Part shown: piece after piece, positions 10,296-20,079 of the stretch
Layout of the letters: each line of letters starts with the position of its first letter
Position numbering within the stretch: the first letter of the stretch is position 1
DNA from: Dehalococcoidia bacterium
GTDB taxonomy: Bacteria; Chloroflexota; Dehalococcoidia; GIF9; AB-539-J10
Assembly (NCBI GenBank): GCA_030612025.1
Contig: JAUWOR010000005.1
Coordinates: 48,605 to 112,604, forward strand
Direction: 5' to 3'
DNA length: 64,000 bases
Translations under genes and position numbers: made by a program
The notes under the pieces: generated by a model
Told to the model about the DNA's origin: nothing
What the model saw: the letters and a program-made list of their open reading frames with translations, nothing else
Databases searched by the model: none

Positions 10296-10402
10296 TTCTC
10301 TTCGCCTACCTTGGTACAATTGCTGCTATGACTTTAGTATGATAGCATTACTATAATACCCCGGGTATCATTTATAGTAAAGGGGGTTAAAAGAATTTTC
10401 CC

Positions 10403-10585
10403 ATGAAGTGCGATATTTGTGGCAAAAGAGTTCAATTTGGACAGAGTGTAAGTCATTCTAAAAAGAGTACTAAACGGAAGTGGTTACCCAATATTCATAG
10501 GGTTACAATTGTTGTGGGTGGGAAGAAGCAGAAAGTTAATATTTGCACCAGGTGTCTGCGTAGCCAATACAAAGCAGCCCATTAG
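10403..10585 (+). CDS. rpmB: 50S ribosomal protein L28
   Basis: CDICGK..QFGQSVSHS...KRKWLPNI...ICTRCLRS. Confidence 0.96.
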   Translation: MKCDICGKRVQFGQSVSHSKKSTKRKWLPNIHRVTIVVGGKKQKVNICTRCLRSQYKAAH

Positions 10586-11247
10586 CTTATTGCTTCCCTG
10601 ATTTTTTGTAATGCTTGGCTCATTCCTTCTTTAGCATTAAACACACTTGTGCCGACAACTAGAACTCTACCACCAGCCTTAACTATGCTAGATGCATTGT
10701 TAATGGTAATACCTCCATCAACTTCGAGCTCGGCATCCACCTTTCTGCTATCAAGCATCCGGCGCAAGCGACTTATCTTTTCTAGTGTTTCAGGGATGAA
10801 AACTTGTCCGCCGAAACCAGGGTCAACGCTCATAATAAGAATCAAATCAACCTGAGGCATAATCTCGTCTACCATGCTTAAAGAACTCGCTGGATTTAAA
10901 GCCACCCCGGCTTTTACCCCAAGTTCCTTTATTACTTGAATCGTTCGGTGGAGATGAGGGCAAGCTTCCGCATGCACGGTAATGATATCAGCGCCAGAAT
11001 CGACAAAGTGGGAAATATGCCGCTCAGGCTGTTCTATCATCAAGTGGACATCTAAAGGCAAGTGTGTCCAGCTACGAAGGGAAGCCACTACTGGAGCCCC
11101 GATAGTGATATTGGGCACGAAATGTCCATCCATGACATCAATATGAATATAGTCAGCCCCTGCTTTAGTAGCCTCAGCTACTTGCTCCCCAAGGCGAGCA
11201 AAATCAGCAGAAAGGATTGATGGTGCTAGCTTAATTTTGTCCTTCAT
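10582..11247 (-). CDS. rpe: Ribulose-phosphate 3-epimerase
   Basis: APSILSADF, HIDVMDGHFVPN, DVHLMI, PGFGGQ, EVDGG. Confidence 0.97.
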   Translation of the reverse strand: MKDKIKLAPSILSADFARLGEQVAEATKAGADYIHIDVMDGHFVPNITIGAPVVASLRSWTHLPLDVHLMIEQPERHISHFVDSGADIITVHAEACPHLHRTIQVIKELGVKAGVALNPASSLSMVDEIMPQVDLILIMSVDPGFGGQVFIPETLEKISRLRRMLDSRKVDAELEVDGGITINNASSIVKAGGRVLVVGTSVFNAKEGMSQALQKIREAIS

Positions 11248-11264
11248 TTTTTACTCCTCTGAGT

Positions 11265-11335
11265 GAGATTCTTCATTCCACTTCGTTCCATTCAGAATGA
11301 CATACTTTGTCATTCTGAGCGTAGCGAAGAATCTC
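11265..11335. repeat. Inverted repeat doublet overlapping the argH 3' end
   Basis: GAGATTCTTC...TTCAGAATGACA-tactt-TGTCATTCTGAGCGTAGCGAAGAATCTC. Confidence 0.85.
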
Positions 11336-12688
11336 CCTTGCTCTGGTTAATGCTGCTTCTACCTGTTGGGGGGAAGTGCCGCCGACAATATTTCGAGCCG
11401 CCACAGATGATTCTAAGGTTATATTATATACATCTTCACTGAAAAGAGGGGAAAAATTGCGATATTCACTTAAGCTAAGCTCATGGAAGCCTTTGGCTTT
11501 GTTAACGGCGTATTCGCTAAGTTTAGCCACCACGCTATGCGCTTCCCTAAATGGCGTGCCTTTCCTCACCAGATAGTCAGCTAAATCGGTAGCCAAAATG
11601 TAATCCTTTTTAATAGCGTCACGAACACGCTTTACATTGACCTTGATTGTTTTTACCATTTCAGCAAATACTCTTAGAGTAGAGTGTAACGTATCCACAG
11701 TATCAAAAAGCCCTTCCTTATCCTCTTGCGTATCCCGGTTATAGGCTAGAGGCAAAGCTTTCATGGTAGTTAGAATGGCTATCAGATTTCCATATACTCG
11801 GCCTGTTTTACCTCTGGCGAGCTCCGCTACATCGGGATTTTTTTTCTGTGGCATGATGCTACTGCCAGTGGTAAAGGCTTCGCCAATCTCTATAAAGCCA
11901 AACTCGATGGATGACCATAGGACGATCTCCTCAGCTAATCGTGAGAGGTGCATCATAGTAAGAGCAGCCGAGGCCTGAAACTCTGCTACGAAGTCTTTAT
12001 CAGAAACAGCGTCAAGGCTGTTAGTGCTTACTTTGCTAAAACCTAGGTCTCGGGCAACAAATTCCCGGTCTACAGGATAAGAAACGCCAGCCAAAGCACC
12101 GCTACCCAAAGGTAAGACGTCAGTGCGTTTGAAACAATCACAGAACCTCTCCTTATCCCGTTGAAACATCTCAAAATAAGCCAACAGATGGTGAGCGAGA
12201 AGCACTGGCTGAGCTTGCTGTAAATGGGTATAGCCAGGCATGATGACATCTTTATTTGCCTCAGCTAGTTCCACTAGCGAACGCTGCAAGGTTTTTAACT
12301 CATCAATGGTTTTCAAAATTTCCTCTTTAATAAAAAGGCGCAGATCTAAAGCTATTTGGTCATTTCGGGAGCGAGCGGTGTGGAGTTTCCCAGCCACATC
12401 TCCAATCTTCTCAAAGAGCCTTGTTTCGATATTCATATGTATGTCTTCGAGTTCGATCCTAAATGGGAATTTTTCTTGCTCAATTTCCGCCCGAATAGAA
12501 GTAAGTCCAGCAATTATACTTTTAGCATCGCTATTAGTTATTATCCCTTGCTTTGCTAGCATCTTAACATGAGCGATACTTCCTTCGATGTCATGACGAT
12601 ATAAGCGTTGGTCGAAAGGAATAGAAGCGACATAATCTTGCGCCAGTTTATTAGCCTCTTTCTGAAAACGATGGTGTAAGTAATTCAT
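11273..12688 (-). CDS. argH: Argininosuccinate lyase
   Basis: LHTARSRNDQ, PGYTHLQ, GSSIMPQKKNPD. Confidence 0.97.
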   Translation of the reverse strand: MNYLHHRFQKEANKLAQDYVASIPFDQRLYRHDIEGSIAHVKMLAKQGIITNSDAKSIIAGLTSIRAEIEQEKFPFRIELEDIHMNIETRLFEKIGDVAGKLHTARSRNDQIALDLRLFIKEEILKTIDELKTLQRSLVELAEANKDVIMPGYTHLQQAQPVLLAHHLLAYFEMFQRDKERFCDCFKRTDVLPLGSGALAGVSYPVDREFVARDLGFSKVSTNSLDAVSDKDFVAEFQASAALTMMHLSRLAEEIVLWSSIEFGFIEIGEAFTTGSSIMPQKKNPDVAELARGKTGRVYGNLIAILTTMKALPLAYNRDTQEDKEGLFDTVDTLHSTLRVFAEMVKTIKVNVKRVRDAIKKDYILATDLADYLVRKGTPFREAHSVVAKLSEYAVNKAKGFHELSLSEYRNFSPLFSEDVYNITLESSVAARNIVGGTSPQQVEAALTRAREILRYAQNDKVCHSEWNEVE

Positions 12689-13047
12689 CTAAATCTGCCT
12701 CAAGTATCAAAGTGAAATCTTGATACTTTCTTTCCCTATTTGTCAACCAGTTTTCACTAAATAAGCGATTTTCATTGGTTAGGAAAAAGGTAATTTTTGT
12801 TGAATTAAGTCTCAGCATGGAAAACAAATAGGCGATGTTGTATTTATAGAGGGAACAGAAAGTGCCGTTTTCAGATTCTGGGTCTCAGATATCATTGCAC
12901 ACTACTCGCTATCTATAACCTCTTTGGTGAGTATCTAATTATAAAAAGCAGCCTTATGCTCAAATACTTATATCTCTCCAGTTTGTTTGGGGTAGTGCTG
13001 AGTGGTGTCACATTTGGATTCGTCGACTGGGAGAGAGCTTGATTATC

Positions 13048-13470
13048 TCACCCACCCCTTTTACATTCGTACTCGCCTGTCAGAAACTCGTGGCTAATGC
13101 CATTCTGGATTGTTATTTCATCACCCACTACTGTTATCGTGGAGTGCCCTACGGTGACATCGCCGTATATATCATCAAAGTACTCCCAGCCCTTAGGCCA
13201 AAGGCCTTCCTCTGAGGGCCTTGATTTCCCATCGATAACACTATCACCATCCCAATCACAAAAGCGGATATAATTCACTCGTTCGCTATCCCGATAGTAC
13301 TCAATTTCGGCGACAAGGCCGCTTGGACTTAGCGATTCAACAGTGATCTTGATAGTTTGGGTATATGTACCTGCACTGCATCCCGAGAATAGAATTACCA
13401 CTGTAGTTAATACCGAAGCTACAATTACCAAAGCATGTAGTTTCCCTTTCCATATGCCATTCTTTATCAT
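13048..13470 (-). CDS. Putative lipoprotein, unknown function
   Basis: Basic N-terminus, hydrophobic stretch, lipobox-like FSG-C; DWDGDSVIDG motif; start reassigned to ATG 13470. Confidence 0.6.
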   Translation of the reverse strand: MIKNGIWKGKLHALVIVASVLTTVVILFSGCSAGTYTQTIKITVESLSPSGLVAEIEYYRDSERVNYIRFCDWDGDSVIDGKSRPSEEGLWPKGWEYFDDIYGDVTVGHSTITVVGDEITIQNGISHEFLTGEYECKRGG

Positions 13471-13970
13471 GTTAGGCTTTCTTTCCATTTGAAAATTCTC
13501 CTGGGATTCTTCGCTCCACATTGGAACAGCAGTCTCACTGCTTGCGGTAATCTCTGCAACGCTTGTAAGGTATGCTGCGCCTAGAGTTGCCATTATTCTA
13601 CCACATGGTTCCGGCTTCTTGAAAGAGGATCTCCTGTTTGCACATTGTTGGTTTTGGCTTTTGTTTACGAACTATCACCATTATAAGCTTTCACTATGAG
13701 CGGTTACTGGATCCAGCTAAACAATATGAGGGTTTATTGGGAATGCCCAGGTCTCCCTAACCAGCTGGTGAAATATTCTCCCGACAACCACGCAGACTCT
13801 GGCTGATAGCGGGAGTAGTTTTCACCGAGCACGGCTTTGCTCTATAAGGATGGATGTGTTATTGTGTTGCTTATACTGGCTTCAGGTTCGTTCAATAATC
13901 TATGTGAGATGGAAGCCAGCGAGTAGTGTAACCATGTCAGCTATGGTTTAGAAAGGTTGGGTAGAATAGA

Positions 13971-16757
13971 TTGAGTTCATTTGATCAGAGGAAATGGCAA
14001 CGCTGGTTTTCCAAGATCGGAGGCGAGGAACCTGTACGACCTGCCCGGCGCGGAGGCGCCCCCAAGGCAATCATAATCATAGCCGTTGTCTTGGCTTTAT
14101 TCATTGTCTTGGGTATAGCAAAGGGGTTCTACACTGACTGGTTATGGTTTAGCAGCCTGGGTTATGGCAGTGTCTATACCACTATCTTGAGAACCAGAAT
14201 ATTGCTCTTCTTCTCCGCGGCTATCATCTTTTGCATCTTGCTTTTAGGGAACCTAGTCCTGGCTACGCGCCTGGCACCCAAGACTGAAGCACATTTCTGG
14301 CCTTGGGCTATAGTACGTCGGCTACAACAGACCCTCAAGTTAGGTGTTATCTTGGGAACAGCACTGCTCAGTATAATATTTGGACTGGTGGCCCAGGGCA
14401 ACTGGGAGGTTGTGCTGCGGTTCTTCAGCAGGCAGCCATTTGGCATCACTGACCCAATCTTCCATAAGGAGATTGGCTTCTACGTCTTCTCGTTGCCTTT
14501 CCTTAACATGCTGCGAAGTTGGGTCCTGGGCGCGCTGATAATCACCCTTCTTGGCAGTGCTGGAGTATATCTTCTGAGCTATGCGGCGCAGCGGCTTAAG
14601 TTCGACTTTGCCAGGCCGGTGCTAGCCCATGTTGGTGGACTGGCCATGGCTATACTTGGCCTTTTCGCCTGGGGTTACTGGCTTGGCATCTGGGAGTTAG
14701 TCTTCTCCGAACGAGGAGTGGTCTTCGGCGCCAGCTATGCTGATATGCATGCCAAACTTCCAGCGCAGTGGATACTCTTGGTAGTGGTGCTCGTGGTCAT
14801 GGGAGTCATGCTGGTTTCTGTATTGAAACACAAATTTCGCTGGCCTCTCTACGCCATTGGGGGATGGATAGCAGCAGCCATCATCGCTGGAGGGATATTC
14901 CCCGCCGTGGTACAGCGTCTTCAAGTGGAGCCCAACGAGCTGGCCCGCGAGAGGCCCTACATCGAGTACAATATCCAATCCACCAGAGAGGCCTTCGCCC
15001 TGAGCCGGATTGAGGAGGAGCCCTTTCCTGCGGAGGGAACTCCGAGTTACCAGGATATAGTCCAAAATGAGGAGACCATCAATAACATCAGGCTCTGGGA
15101 CCCACGCCCGCTAAAGGACACCTATAACCAGATCCAGTCCTTTCGGCTTTACTATGACTTCCATGATGTTGATATCGACCGCTATATCATTGATGGTGAG
15201 TACCGGCAGGTCATGCTATCGGGTCGGGAATTATCGGCGGAGAAATTGGCCGAGGAGGCGCAGACCTGGGTCAACCGTCGGTTACAGTTTACCCATGGCT
15301 ATGGTGTTGCCCTGAGTCCGGTAAATGAGGTCACTGTTGAGGGGCTGCCGGTATTGCTGGTAAAGGATATCCCCCCCGTTGGTAACTTCGATATAGAGCG
15401 ACCGCAGATATACTTTGGGGAAAAGACTGATAATTACGTGATTGTGAAAACAAATACCCAGGAATTTGACTATCCTATGGGCGATGAGAATGTCTACGGT
15501 CACTATGAAGGGACAGGCGGAGTTAGCATCAGCAGCTTCGTCCGCCGAGTGGCGTATGCCTGGCAATTTGCTGATTTTAATATCCTTATAAGTGGTGAGT
15601 TAACTCCTGAGAGCAGTGTCCTCTATTATCGGAATATCAGAGAGAGGGTGAACCACCTGGCACCATTTTTGCAACTGGACAATGATCCCTATCTAGTGAT
15701 AATGGATGGGAGGTTATTCTGGATACAGGATGCCTATACCACCACTGAGCGCTATCCTTATTCTGAGCCGCATGGGAGTGGGCTAAACTATATTCGCAAC
15801 AGCGTTAAAGCAGTTATTGATGCCTACAATGGCAGTGTAACCTTCTATATCACCGACCCAGAGGATGCTTTGATACGGACATACCAGGCTATCTTCCCCG
15901 AGCTCTTTGTCCCCGCTGAACAGGCGCCCGAGTCCTTGCGAGCCCACTTCCGTTATCCCGAAGATATGTTCAATATTCAGGCCTCGGTATACCAAAGCTA
16001 CCATATGAGAGATGCCCGGGTATTCTACAATAAGGAAGACCTGTGGGCTATACCCAAAGAGCTCTATTTCGGCCAAGAACAGCCTATGGATTCCTACTAC
16101 ATCATCATGCGCCTGCCAGATGAGGAGAGGGAGGAGTTCCTGCTGATGTTGCCCTTCACCCCGGTGAACAAGAATAATACCATTGGCTGGCTGGCTGCCC
16201 GCTCTGATGGAGAAAACTACGGGAAGCTGCTTGCCTACCTTTTCCCCAAGGAGCGGCTGGTGTATGGTCCTAGCCAGATCGAGAACCGAATCCAGCAGGA
16301 TACCGTCATCACTGAGCAGCTTGCCCTGTGGGGTCGCGGTGGTTCTCGGGTTATCCGAGGCAACCTGCTGCTGATTCCTTTAGGCAAGTCCATCCTGTAT
16401 GTGGAGCCAGTCTTCCTCCAGGCGGAGGGCGGTGGGCTGCCACAGCTAAAGCGAGTTATTGTAGTTGCCGGCGACCAGATAGCTATGGAACCCACGTTGG
16501 AGGAAAGCCTTGCCGTTATCTTTGGTACGGAGGCGATACCGCCTGAGGAACCTGAGGTTGAGCCACCGACTCCGGGAGAGCCAGAGGAAGCGCTAAGCGC
16601 GGAGATAGCCAGTCTAATTGAGGAGGCGCAACAGCATTATGACAGGGCTCAGCAGTACCTCAAAGCAGGTGATTGGACTGGCTACGGGGAAGAACTGGAT
16701 GCCCTGAAGGCGGTGCTGGATCAGCTGGCGGAACTTATTGCTGAAGAGAAACGATAG
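13971..16757 (+). CDS. UPF0182 (COG1615) family membrane protein
   Basis: DWLWFSSLGY, DPIFHKEIGFYVFSLP, NIRLWDPRP, THGYG, NYIRNSVK, VIRGNLL. Confidence 0.93.
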   Translation: MSSFDQRKWQRWFSKIGGEEPVRPARRGGAPKAIIIIAVVLALFIVLGIAKGFYTDWLWFSSLGYGSVYTTILRTRILLFFSAAIIFCILLLGNLVLATRLAPKTEAHFWPWAIVRRLQQTLKLGVILGTALLSIIFGLVAQGNWEVVLRFFSRQPFGITDPIFHKEIGFYVFSLPFLNMLRSWVLGALIITLLGSAGVYLLSYAAQRLKFDFARPVLAHVGGLAMAILGLFAWGYWLGIWELVFSERGVVFGASYADMHAKLPAQWILLVVVLVVMGVMLVSVLKHKFRWPLYAIGGWIAAAIIAGGIFPAVVQRLQVEPNELARERPYIEYNIQSTREAFALSRIEEEPFPAEGTPSYQDIVQNEETINNIRLWDPRPLKDTYNQIQSFRLYYDFHDVDIDRYIIDGEYRQVMLSGRELSAEKLAEEAQTWVNRRLQFTHGYGVALSPVNEVTVEGLPVLLVKDIPPVGNFDIERPQIYFGEKTDNYVIVKTNTQEFDYPMGDENVYGHYEGTGGVSISSFVRRVAYAWQFADFNILISGELTPESSVLYYRNIRERVNHLAPFLQLDNDPYLVIMDGRLFWIQDAYTTTERYPYSEPHGSGLNYIRNSVKAVIDAYNGSVTFYITDPEDALIRTYQAIFPELFVPAEQAPESLRAHFRYPEDMFNIQASVYQSYHMRDARVFYNKEDLWAIPKELYFGQEQPMDSYYIIMRLPDEEREEFLLMLPFTPVNKNNTIGWLAARSDGENYGKLLAYLFPKERLVYGPSQIENRIQQDTVITEQLALWGRGGSRVIRGNLLLIPLGKSILYVEPVFLQAEGGGLPQLKRVIVVAGDQIAMEPTLEESLAVIFGTEAIPPEEPEVEPPTPGEPEEALSAEIASLIEEAQQHYDRAQQYLKAGDWTGYGEELDALKAVLDQLAELIAEEKR

Positions 16758-16821
16758 CGTATTACTTTAACACTATGGCTGATTGTTACACATCTCAAGG
16801 ATATAGATCATGACCAGCAGT

Positions 16822-17148
16822 TTAGTTTCTTCTTTGTCTTACTCTGCTACTGAAGCAGCCACCTCTCTTGTCACCATAGGAGCCCGTGCCTCTGTTCTTA
16901 GAAAGAGCGAGGGCCTGAATAACATCAATCGCCCTATCCCTTAGTGATTTTCCATTGAGGGCAGTGATTGCGGCTTGACCTTCAGACTGTGATGTCATTT
17001 CAACAAATCCATATCCCCTAGATTGGCCACTACCAATATACTTGTCGTTCATGATGGTTACAGATAGCACTTCTCCGAAAGCCATGAATTCTCGTCGCAG
17101 TTCCTCCTCAGTCGCCTCGAGAGATAAGTTACCTACATATATATTCAT
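16822..17148 (-). CDS. RRM RNA-binding protein
   Basis: MNIYVGNL (RNP2), SRGYGFVEM (RNP1), Gly/Arg tail. Confidence 0.92.
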   Translation of the reverse strand: MNIYVGNLSLEATEEELRREFMAFGEVLSVTIMNDKYIGSGQSRGYGFVEMTSQSEGQAAITALNGKSLRDRAIDVIQALALSKNRGTGSYGDKRGGCFSSRVRQRRN

Positions 17149-17276
17149 GTTGCCCCCCTTTCGCGGTAACGGGGTTATTCTTGGCCCGCTGTTTGTCACT
17201 AACGCCTGAACTAATAGCCCTTTGGAGTTATGAATACATTTTATGTGCCTTAAGCAGAAATAAATGAAGAGGGAGT

Positions 17277-17594
17277 TTAATATCTTCTCTGTCTTCCTCC
17301 GCTAAAGCCGCTGCCTCTCCTGCCACCATACGACCCGTCGCTTCTGTTATCAGAGCGAGGTCGAGCCGCATTAACAGTTAACATTCGATCCTTTAAAGTT
17401 TTCCCGTTGAGGCCAGTAATTGCAGCTTGACCTTCAGACACCGATGGCATTTCAACAAACCCGAATCCTTTTGGCTGTCCACTATACTTGTCCGTTATGA
17501 TATTTACAGATTCAACCTTCCCAAAAGCCAGGAATTCTTGGCGTAATTCCTCCTCAGTTACCTCATATGATAAGTTACCCACATAGATTTTCAT
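17277..17594 (-). CDS. RRM RNA-binding protein
   Basis: MKIYVGNL (RNP2), PKGFGFVEM (RNP1), VNAARPR, RG-rich tail. Confidence 0.93.
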   Translation of the reverse strand: MKIYVGNLSYEVTEEELRQEFLAFGKVESVNIITDKYSGQPKGFGFVEMPSVSEGQAAITGLNGKTLKDRMLTVNAARPRSDNRSDGSYGGRRGSGFSGGRQRRY

Positions 17595-17706
17595 ATTAGT
17601 GCTCCTTTCGCTTAATCTCGTAACTATTTGCCGAGGGTCTCGCCAGCATATCAAGTACCCAAGCAGAGTATGACCATAGTCATCAGCCTTTTGGTTGCTT
17701 TCTGGT

Positions 17707-17892
17707 TTACCCACAACGGCGCCTTCGTCTGGCGCTCTTTTGCGCTTTCATGCGTGCCACCTCCCCCTTGGATAAAAAATGATTATGGGCCTTTGCCTCG
17801 CGCAGAATTCCACTCATTTGCACTATCCTTTGAAAGCGACGCAGCAGGGAATCTTGGGATTCACCTTCACGTATCGAAACTTCCATTGACAT
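17707..17892 (-). CDS. rpsU: 30S ribosomal protein bS21
   Basis: VSIREGES.DSLLRRF.....GILREAK..HF.SK....R.K...ARRR pattern. Confidence 0.85.
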   Translation of the reverse strand: MSMEVSIREGESQDSLLRRFQRIVQMSGILREAKAHNHFLSKGEVARMKAQKSARRRRRCG

Positions 17893-17968
17893 GACACATC
17901 ACCACATTCTAGAGACATGCACGGGCCAGATATCTCCAGCCCATGTATGTCTAAGGGCTCAAACCAGT

Positions 17969-18274
17969 TTATCTACCTGGTCTGACTTTACGGTAGCAAT
18001 CGCTACAATACACTGGCTTATCACCGCGAGGTTCAAAGGGTACTTCGGTGTCTTTGCCGCACTCGGCGCATATTGCAGGAAACATTTGGCGTGGGGCCCC
18101 GTAGCTGTGGCCACTATTTCCGTATCGCTCTGCCTTCCTTGCCTGGCGACACGAGGGACAGCGCTTGGGCTCATTAGTATAGCCCTTAGATTGAAAAAAC
18201 TCTTGTTCCTCAGCGCTGAAAGTGAAGGCAGTCCCACAATCGGAACACTGGATCGACTTGTCCTGAAAACTCAT
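17969..18274 (-). CDS. Double zinc-ribbon (CxxC-x17-CxxC) protein
   Basis: CSDCG..FTFSAEEQEFF..KGY.NEPKRCPSCR and CAECG...VPFEP..DKPVYCSDC; SD GGAGG upstream. Confidence 0.9.
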   Translation of the reverse strand: MSFQDKSIQCSDCGTAFTFSAEEQEFFQSKGYTNEPKRCPSCRQARKAERYGNSGHSYGAPRQMFPAICAECGKDTEVPFEPRGDKPVYCSDCYRKVRPGR

Positions 18275-18384
18275 TAGATGACCTCCTCTCTTCGAAATTT
18301 TAGTTAGAGCTCCGGTCATCCAACACTTTGGGAAATCTGTGGTGATTCAAGTATGTAACAACCTAAACTGAAACTACTAAGTAA

Positions 18385-18413
18385 ATTATACACCAAAGCG
18401 ACCCACTTTGCAA
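18385..18413 (-). promoter_or_regulatory. Sigma70-type promoter of the zinc-ribbon/rpsU/RRM operon
   Basis: TTGCAA-17 bp-TATAAT on the minus strand. Confidence 0.75.
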
Positions 18414-18854
18414 ATAAATAGCCTAACCCTGTTAGTAAGAAGAACGCCACAACTAAAATCCAATGATTTTTGCTGGACACTGATGACGTGATTTATCGCT
18501 TACTGCCTCACAGTACGTCGCCTAATTGGTAACAACATGATGGAAAGTGCAGTTTTCTAGTTACCTTCAAGCACTGGGGTGTAGCCTTGCTATTTACCCT
18601 CCTATTTGTCAACCAGTTTTCACTGAACAGGTTACGCCTTGTGAATTCTAATGATGATTCGCAAAGCAATAATATTCCTAATTATACTATCTCAGGAATT
18701 TATCAACTTTTCCCGTCTATCCTGAATGCCCTGCCTAGGATTTTCAATTTCAACGTGGCTTTATTCTTCGTCTAAATCTGCCTCAAGCGTCGAGGTGAAA
18801 TCCTGATATTTTCCCTCTCTTAGCCTTTGGAAGAACAAATCATAGCTTTCCACT

Positions 18855-20075
18855 TTAGCTTTTATATGCCTTCATTTTTTCTCGGTGGAAAATGTGTTCT
18901 TCAGGTTGCTCTATGATATATTTGAATTCATTTACATCTTTTCCAAAGGCCCTCTCAAAGAATGGCCTTTTGGGCCCCACTACACCATGTGTAGCATGTA
19001 AAATGCATTGTATGCCTCTCAATTGCTGCTTAGTCCAATGAGGATTATTGACATGCTTTCTATCCTTAGCATCCAAGGGGATAAATCTCATCGGGAAGGA
19101 AAAAATGTTTAGACCCAATTCTTCGTTTAATTCAATATTTATTCTTAATCTTTCATAGAAGTCTTCAGGGGTATCGTTATAGTTAAATAATATGAAGTTC
19201 GAAAGGTGTTTAATTCCATATTTATGAGCGAGGCGTATCTTCTCTATATATAGTCTTTTGAGTTCAATATGATCGAAAGCTATCCTTAAAGGCTTAATAG
19301 CAATCTCACTTAGAAGTGCCATCTTTTCTTCTGTGAGCAATTTTGCATCTACTCCTTGGTTAAAGTCGATATAACGAAATCTTCCTTTAAACTTAGCTCC
19401 CTTGTAAAATCCATATTTCCCAATTTCCTCTATTATTTTTCGAAATTTGGAGGATGCCAAAACATTATTATCAAGGAGGATTAAGTCTTTCTTATCAGGG
19501 TCGATTTGTTTTTCCAAAGGTATGAAATGAACATACTCGGGTTCTAGTTTGGGCACTGCACAGTACGGACAATGCCATATACATCCTTTGGTCATATACC
19601 CAATACTTGCGTCATTGGTATAATAATCGTATATGCCATCAAATAGTTTATAGTCTGGTGCCAACCTATCAACTTCTTCCCACAGTCCAAAGTGAGGTGT
19701 TATGCCAGTTTCCCTTCTTACATCATCCTGTAAGAGGGAACCAAGAATTCCTCCAACTTGAATATTACTTTCGTTAGCCTTGTTCCGTTGATAGAATTTG
19801 ATCGTGTTTATTGTGATATTCCACTGAAATGTAAACATAGTAGTAATGTAAATAGCATCCCATTTTTGGTCTTTTAATTCTTTATTCATGCCTTTCCAAA
19901 ATTTCACTTCATCCCCTTGCTGCTTGTGGTAAGTCGAGATTTTCATTAATCCAAGGGGTGGATATTTGGCTTTGTAGGCTGGTTCTATGAGTAGCACCCT
20001 CTTCGGTTTTTTGACTCGAATATTAGCTCTGATTGGTAGATCAGTGCTTAAACTCAATTTGTTGTCCTTTAACAT
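18855..20075 (-). CDS. Radical SAM protein with B12-binding-like N-terminal domain
   Basis: TKGCIWHCPYC (CxxxCxxC), N-terminal LLIEP..YPPLGLMKISTYHK, LLDNNVLAS, IDFNQGVDA. Confidence 0.88.
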   Translation of the reverse strand: MLKDNKLSLSTDLPIRANIRVKKPKRVLLIEPAYKAKYPPLGLMKISTYHKQQGDEVKFWKGMNKELKDQKWDAIYITTMFTFQWNITINTIKFYQRNKANESNIQVGGILGSLLQDDVRRETGITPHFGLWEEVDRLAPDYKLFDGIYDYYTNDASIGYMTKGCIWHCPYCAVPKLEPEYVHFIPLEKQIDPDKKDLILLDNNVLASSKFRKIIEEIGKYGFYKGAKFKGRFRYIDFNQGVDAKLLTEEKMALLSEIAIKPLRIAFDHIELKRLYIEKIRLAHKYGIKHLSNFILFNYNDTPEDFYERLRINIELNEELGLNIFSFPMRFIPLDAKDRKHVNNPHWTKQQLRGIQCILHATHGVVGPKRPFFERAFGKDVNEFKYIIEQPEEHIFHREKMKAYKS

Positions 20076-20079
20076 CTTG

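Noticed and set aside
17891-18277. 128-aa plus-strand ORF
   Set aside because: Antisense shadow of the zinc-ribbon gene, which has the SD, promoter and Cys motifs.
18587-18775. 62-aa plus-strand ORF
   Set aside because: Lies in scar DNA built from argH-leader duplicates; no SD or motif.
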